From assembly GCA_029953675.1 (NCBI GenBank), contig JAMWBK010000006.1, positions 1,674,001-1,738,000 on the forward strand: a stretch of 64,000 nt of DNA, read 5' to 3'. Shown here one piece after another: positions 60,044 through 64,000 of this stretch (positions within the stretch are counted from its first letter, which is position 1; each line of letters opens with the position of its first letter). The notes beneath the pieces were generated by a model that saw only the letters and a list, made by a program, of their open reading frames with translations, ran no database searches and was not told where the DNA came from. Both the position numbers and the translations under genes were made by a program. The DNA comes from Rhodosorus marinus CCMP1338 (taxonomy: Eukaryota; Plantae; Rhodophyta).

Positions 60044-62180
60044 ATGGGGAATGACGAGTGCGACATTTGTCGTATGGATCTCGAACTGTTGTCTGGGCTT
60101 GAAAGGCAGTCGCATTTGAAGTCGTGCACTGAAGCTAAGCCTACGCCGGCTCCTGAGAAGCCGGCGACAGAGTGTCATATCTGTGGAAAGCGCCTTGCTC
60201 ACTTGCCGAAGCATACTGCTCTGAATCACCTGAAGAGGTGTGAACGGAAAATCACTCCCGTCGAGCAAAATGGGCCTCCTAAGAAGAGGCAGCGTAGGTC
60301 CTCTAGGAAGTAAGCTAGTTCGATGCAAACGGTTGCGGTCGCGTTGGGTGGATTGTCTAAAGTAACTGACGACTACGTTCATGTGCCGCATCCATAGGAA
60401 ACCGAAAGCTCCCACCGACAACGATCTATGGAGATTTCTGACGTCGTTGGGCCTTGGTAGATACTCTGAAACCCTTACCATGGAAGGCGTGGACCTTGAA
60501 GCGCTAAGGCTTCTATCTGACGGAGAACTGTCGGCTCTGAGAATACCGCTGGTTGCGAGAAAACGCATTTCAGAGTCACTACCGCTCCTCGCTGGAAAGG
60601 GCTTTAGTTCGGTGGATGCCAGTGCTTCTCTTGGTGAAGAGGACGCAGAAGAGGTGAGATGCCGGTGCCACCTGAGATAGCGCTCGAAGCCACTTTCTGC
60701 AGGTTAGATGATCTCAGACACATGTTGAACTCGGGTTTTTTCAACCCAGGATTTGATTCTGACTCAGGCAATGAACGATAGCCGTCTGCAACTTGAACGC
60801 GGGAGTGACTTTGGACCAAAGCTCTGGCTAGCAACAAAAATAGCGGATGAGAACCCTCTGCCCACGGACCACTCCCGATCCCCCGAACTCGATGAAGTGA
60901 TTCATATCGAAGACAGTAACGGAGAAACGGAGAGTCGAGTTCTTAACGCAAGCCAGAACCTATGGCACTCAACAGACGACAGTCAAAGTCGAGACTCGGA
61001 GAAGCTTGACTCTACCACGGGTCGCTCAATAGCTTCAGGCAGTCCGCGAAGTCCTCCCGACAGTGTTGGCATCCTAGCAACGGAAGACGGTGACTACCCC
61101 AATCCAAAGATGGTTGATGGAGTTTCAACCAGCGGCCAGAAACCTGGAGGTGTAGCTGGTGACTGCCAGGTTGAAGATTCTGAGAATCCGAGTTCGATGA
61201 CGGCTCTTGTTCCTGAGGTGAACGTTTCCGAAAGCCTACACTGTCCTGTGAAAATCGGATCCGCACATGAGGAGATCGATGTCAGCTATACTGATCCGGA
61301 AAGTAGCAGTCGGGTTCACAGTGGGAGCCAACGTCTAAATTCTGCTGCAGATCAAAGTCATTGTGGAGGTTCAGAGAACCTTGTTTCTAGAACTGGTCAT
61401 CTTCCTCAAAAAAGGCTCAGCGAAAGCAGGAAAGTTCCCTTGGACGCAGAAGCCCCGCAAACCACCTTTCGTGAGGACGACCGGTGAGTCAGCGACCTTG
61501 ACCCTCGAAGTTGCATGGTTCATTTGTTCCTGACTCACTCTAGATGAGTGTGAATTGTTACTGTGAAGAACTCCTGCGCAGGAGGTAGTGAAGCGGCGCA
61601 CTAATGTACTTGAAACAATCCTAGAAGAACAGGTATGGAGATCGCGTTCACTTTCCGCACAGAGCTTGCACATAAGATGAATAATATATTAGTCTCCCCA
61701 TCTGTACTGCCTCCGAAAATCGTAAGCTAAAGCGTGGATGCCTTTGATAAACAGACGGACGTAGGTTACAGTATGCTAGGTGGGAGCCAGGGCAGTTGGC
61801 GTAGAAAACCTTTGGCAGAGAGGTCTAATGTCACTACCCGGGAAGAGTCAAGTTCGGAGTCGGAGCACCTACCTGATCCGTATGGTGAGCGCGATTTGCC
61901 TTCGAATATCGAATAGCTCTAGTCGCTTTTTGTTGGCGCATGCGTTTTTCACTGAACCGCTTATCTTGCGTTCGTTGTAGAGAAGCGATGGTCTGGGTAT
62001 TGCGACGAAGAACTGTGTGGTGTGCTCCGAAACTCGGATCTCTATGACGACCTGTTGCTAAGAGCGCATGTGGAATTCAGCCGTATCCATAAGCACTTCC
62101 AGGATGCTGGTGTGAAACTACCCAAGACCGTGTTGGCAAGATTTCTTGTAGACCAGGGCCTGGGATGGAAGCACAGCTGA
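60044..62180 (+). CDS. SLX4-like scaffold: two UBZ4-type zinc fingers, SAM domain, disordered region, SLX4-like C-terminal domain
   Basis: CDICRMDL...RQSHLKSC and CHICGKRL...ALNHLKRC (C2HC); SAM-like LWRFLTSLGLGRYSETL..EGVDLEALRLLSDGELSALRIPLVARKRI; last exon LYDDLLLRAHVEFSRIHKHFQDAGVKLPKTVLARFLVDQGLGW. Confidence 0.6.
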
Positions 62181-62483
62181 TCAGCTCGCAGGGGCTCAAA
62201 CCTGAACAAAGGAGTGACTGAGAAAAGTTTACCATAATATCTAATTGACTGGAGCCTGCCCAATCAAGAGACTCCCGTTTTTTGGTGGGCTTTGTCGAGG
62301 CATATTTGACGAGCTCCATCCTTCTTTCTAACAAAAAGTTGTAAAATTAATTGGCGAGAAGAAAAAGCAGAGCCCCAAGCAAACAATGCTGGCTGGTGGA
62401 GCAACATGGCCTTAATAATTTTCAAGAAAATGCAGATCTTGGACTCCAACATGTGCACTGATCATCTTCCTCCGTCGCTCGTG

Positions 62484-64000
62484 TTAGTCACTAAGGTATT
62501 TGAGTGTGTCTTTCGCCACCTGGATTCCGGACGAGATAGCACCGTTCACTGTTGGGGTTGATCGATGATCGCCGCACACAAAAACACCTCGTCCAACCTG
62601 TGAAAAAGCCAAGCGTAGCCGTACGTCAAGACCAGCCCATCTGTGAAACAGCGCAGGGTTCCAGGTCGTGCATACCTCAACGCCCTTGCTCGCAGAGAAG
62701 GGTACATTCTGGGCGGGCTGAGAATACGGAATCTTATACGTCCTCAAATGTGTCCACTGGTTCACGTAGTCAGAACCCCACCATTCAGACATGTGAGATT
62801 TCACCAACCGTTCGAGCTCTGCGTCAGATCGATGTACGTCGTCGCCAATAACCGTGGTTGAAACGAGTGTCTTTCCTACAGGAGCATAATTCGCAGAGAC
62901 AGAACTTGGGAAGCAAGTATTCCCAACAACTCCCGCAGAACGACCTTCTCCGTTGAGGAATAGGATGGGTTTCTGTCCAGAAGGCAAAACATGGCAAAAA
63001 CACATCAGCCCCTGAACCTGACAAAAACTCAGGTCGGAAGAACGTACAGAAATTGGGGGAGGTTGATCCGACGAAAAGTACAAATTGGCGCAACCACGTG
63101 GCTTTGATGACTCAATTCGATCTCCGAAGAGAGCTGATGCCGCTGGTGGATCAGCGGCCACGACAATAACCTTCGCTTCAATTCTCTGGCCATCCTCAGT
63201 CTCAACCGTTCCTCCACCGCTTTCATTCATGCTGATGGATTTCACCCCTGTGTTTAGCTGAATTTTGTCCCTCAAGGGACCCGCAACATGCTGCGTTACA
63301 GCCCCGATACCTTTGAGAGGATTGTTTTTCCAACATGCTTAATGCAGTGAGCCATAACTGCAGCTTTTCGACGGTCTTCGCGTTTCCAATTTACCTTTGG
63401 ACGGCAACGATGCCGGAGCAGACAAGAACATTCTGAAAACGTATTCAAACATCCTTGAAGATTGTTCCTCCAGTGGTGCGAGGAAGATGCCTTGATAGAA
63501 AGGAGTGAAAAAGCGATCAATCATGCTCGAGGTGAACCCTTCTCTGCGGAGATATTCAGCGGTCGTATATTCATCCCTTTTGAAGCCACAGATTTTCACA
63601 GAGAAAATAGTAAATGATGTTGCCAAGACCAAGGCCCGAATCATTTCATGTTTCGTTTTCTTCGCACGTTGTCCTACCTCTGCAGGATGCTGTCCAAAGG
63701 GAGATTGGCGATTTTGGTGCGAAGGAGGGCTACTCTTGCCTTGTCCATGAAGGTACCAACTGGTGATACCAATGATTCTGGAGTGTCCTGGATTCTTCGG
63801 AGAGGGTCCTAAACATTTTGATATAGATTCTCAGTAAGTATACGACCAACTGCTAGTGAAAACGTTGTCCCGTTGCCCACAAAGACGCGGTTTCGAGGAG
63901 CGAACGAACTGGACTTACTGAAACAAGATGGTGAGCTCCTTCGCAGTAAACGAGCGCCCCGGGGAGGAACGGCTTCAGATCTAGTTGCTCGTAGTCAAGG
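62484..64000 (-). CDS. FAD-dependent oxidoreductase of the amine-oxidase (PF01593) family, 5' end outside the window
   Basis: LDYEQLDLKPFLPGALV, RFFTPFYQGIFL, SSRMFEYVFRMF, LRTYKIPYSQP and VFVCGDHRSTPTVNGAISSG resemble a cyanobacterial/plant plastid family. Confidence 0.85.

Overview
Compact, gene-dense eukaryotic nuclear DNA: multi-exon genes with short (about 60-160 nt) GT-AG introns and CTAAC/CTGAC-type branch points, separated by AT-rich intergenic blocks. Phe-motif plastid transit peptides, a nuclear-encoded mitochondrial-type rps4 and a Golgi carbohydrate sulfotransferase suggest a red alga (inference). Housekeeping genes recognised from their translations are rps4, TRAPPC6, COG1, RPC5, LEO1, RCD1/CNOT9, PRCC, XPO4, IPI1/TEX10 and CLP1. 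Also present are a Sulfotransfer_2 enzyme, a WD40 protein, a bZIP factor, an SDR, a plastid GNAT, an SLX4-like protein and a partial FAD oxidoreductase. Two spliced gene fusions not visible in the ORF track are the main findings. (1) 17943-22007 (-): a bacterial-type ThDP enzyme (acetolactate-synthase-like; resembles cyanobacterial 2-oxoglutarate decarboxylase) is joined in frame, via a Pro-rich linker and a 70-nt intron, to an ALDH21-type succinic-semialdehyde dehydrogenase. This is a candidate one-polypeptide 2-oxoglutarate -> succinate TCA bypass. (2) 29861-32453 (-): a plastid-targeted, catalytically degenerate adenylate-kinase domain is fused to an NADK2-type NAD kinase. Several non-coding repeat arrays, an inverted duplication and two enriched upstream motifs are also present. 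Exon boundaries were traced by eye, some gene ends are approximate, and no database searches were run.
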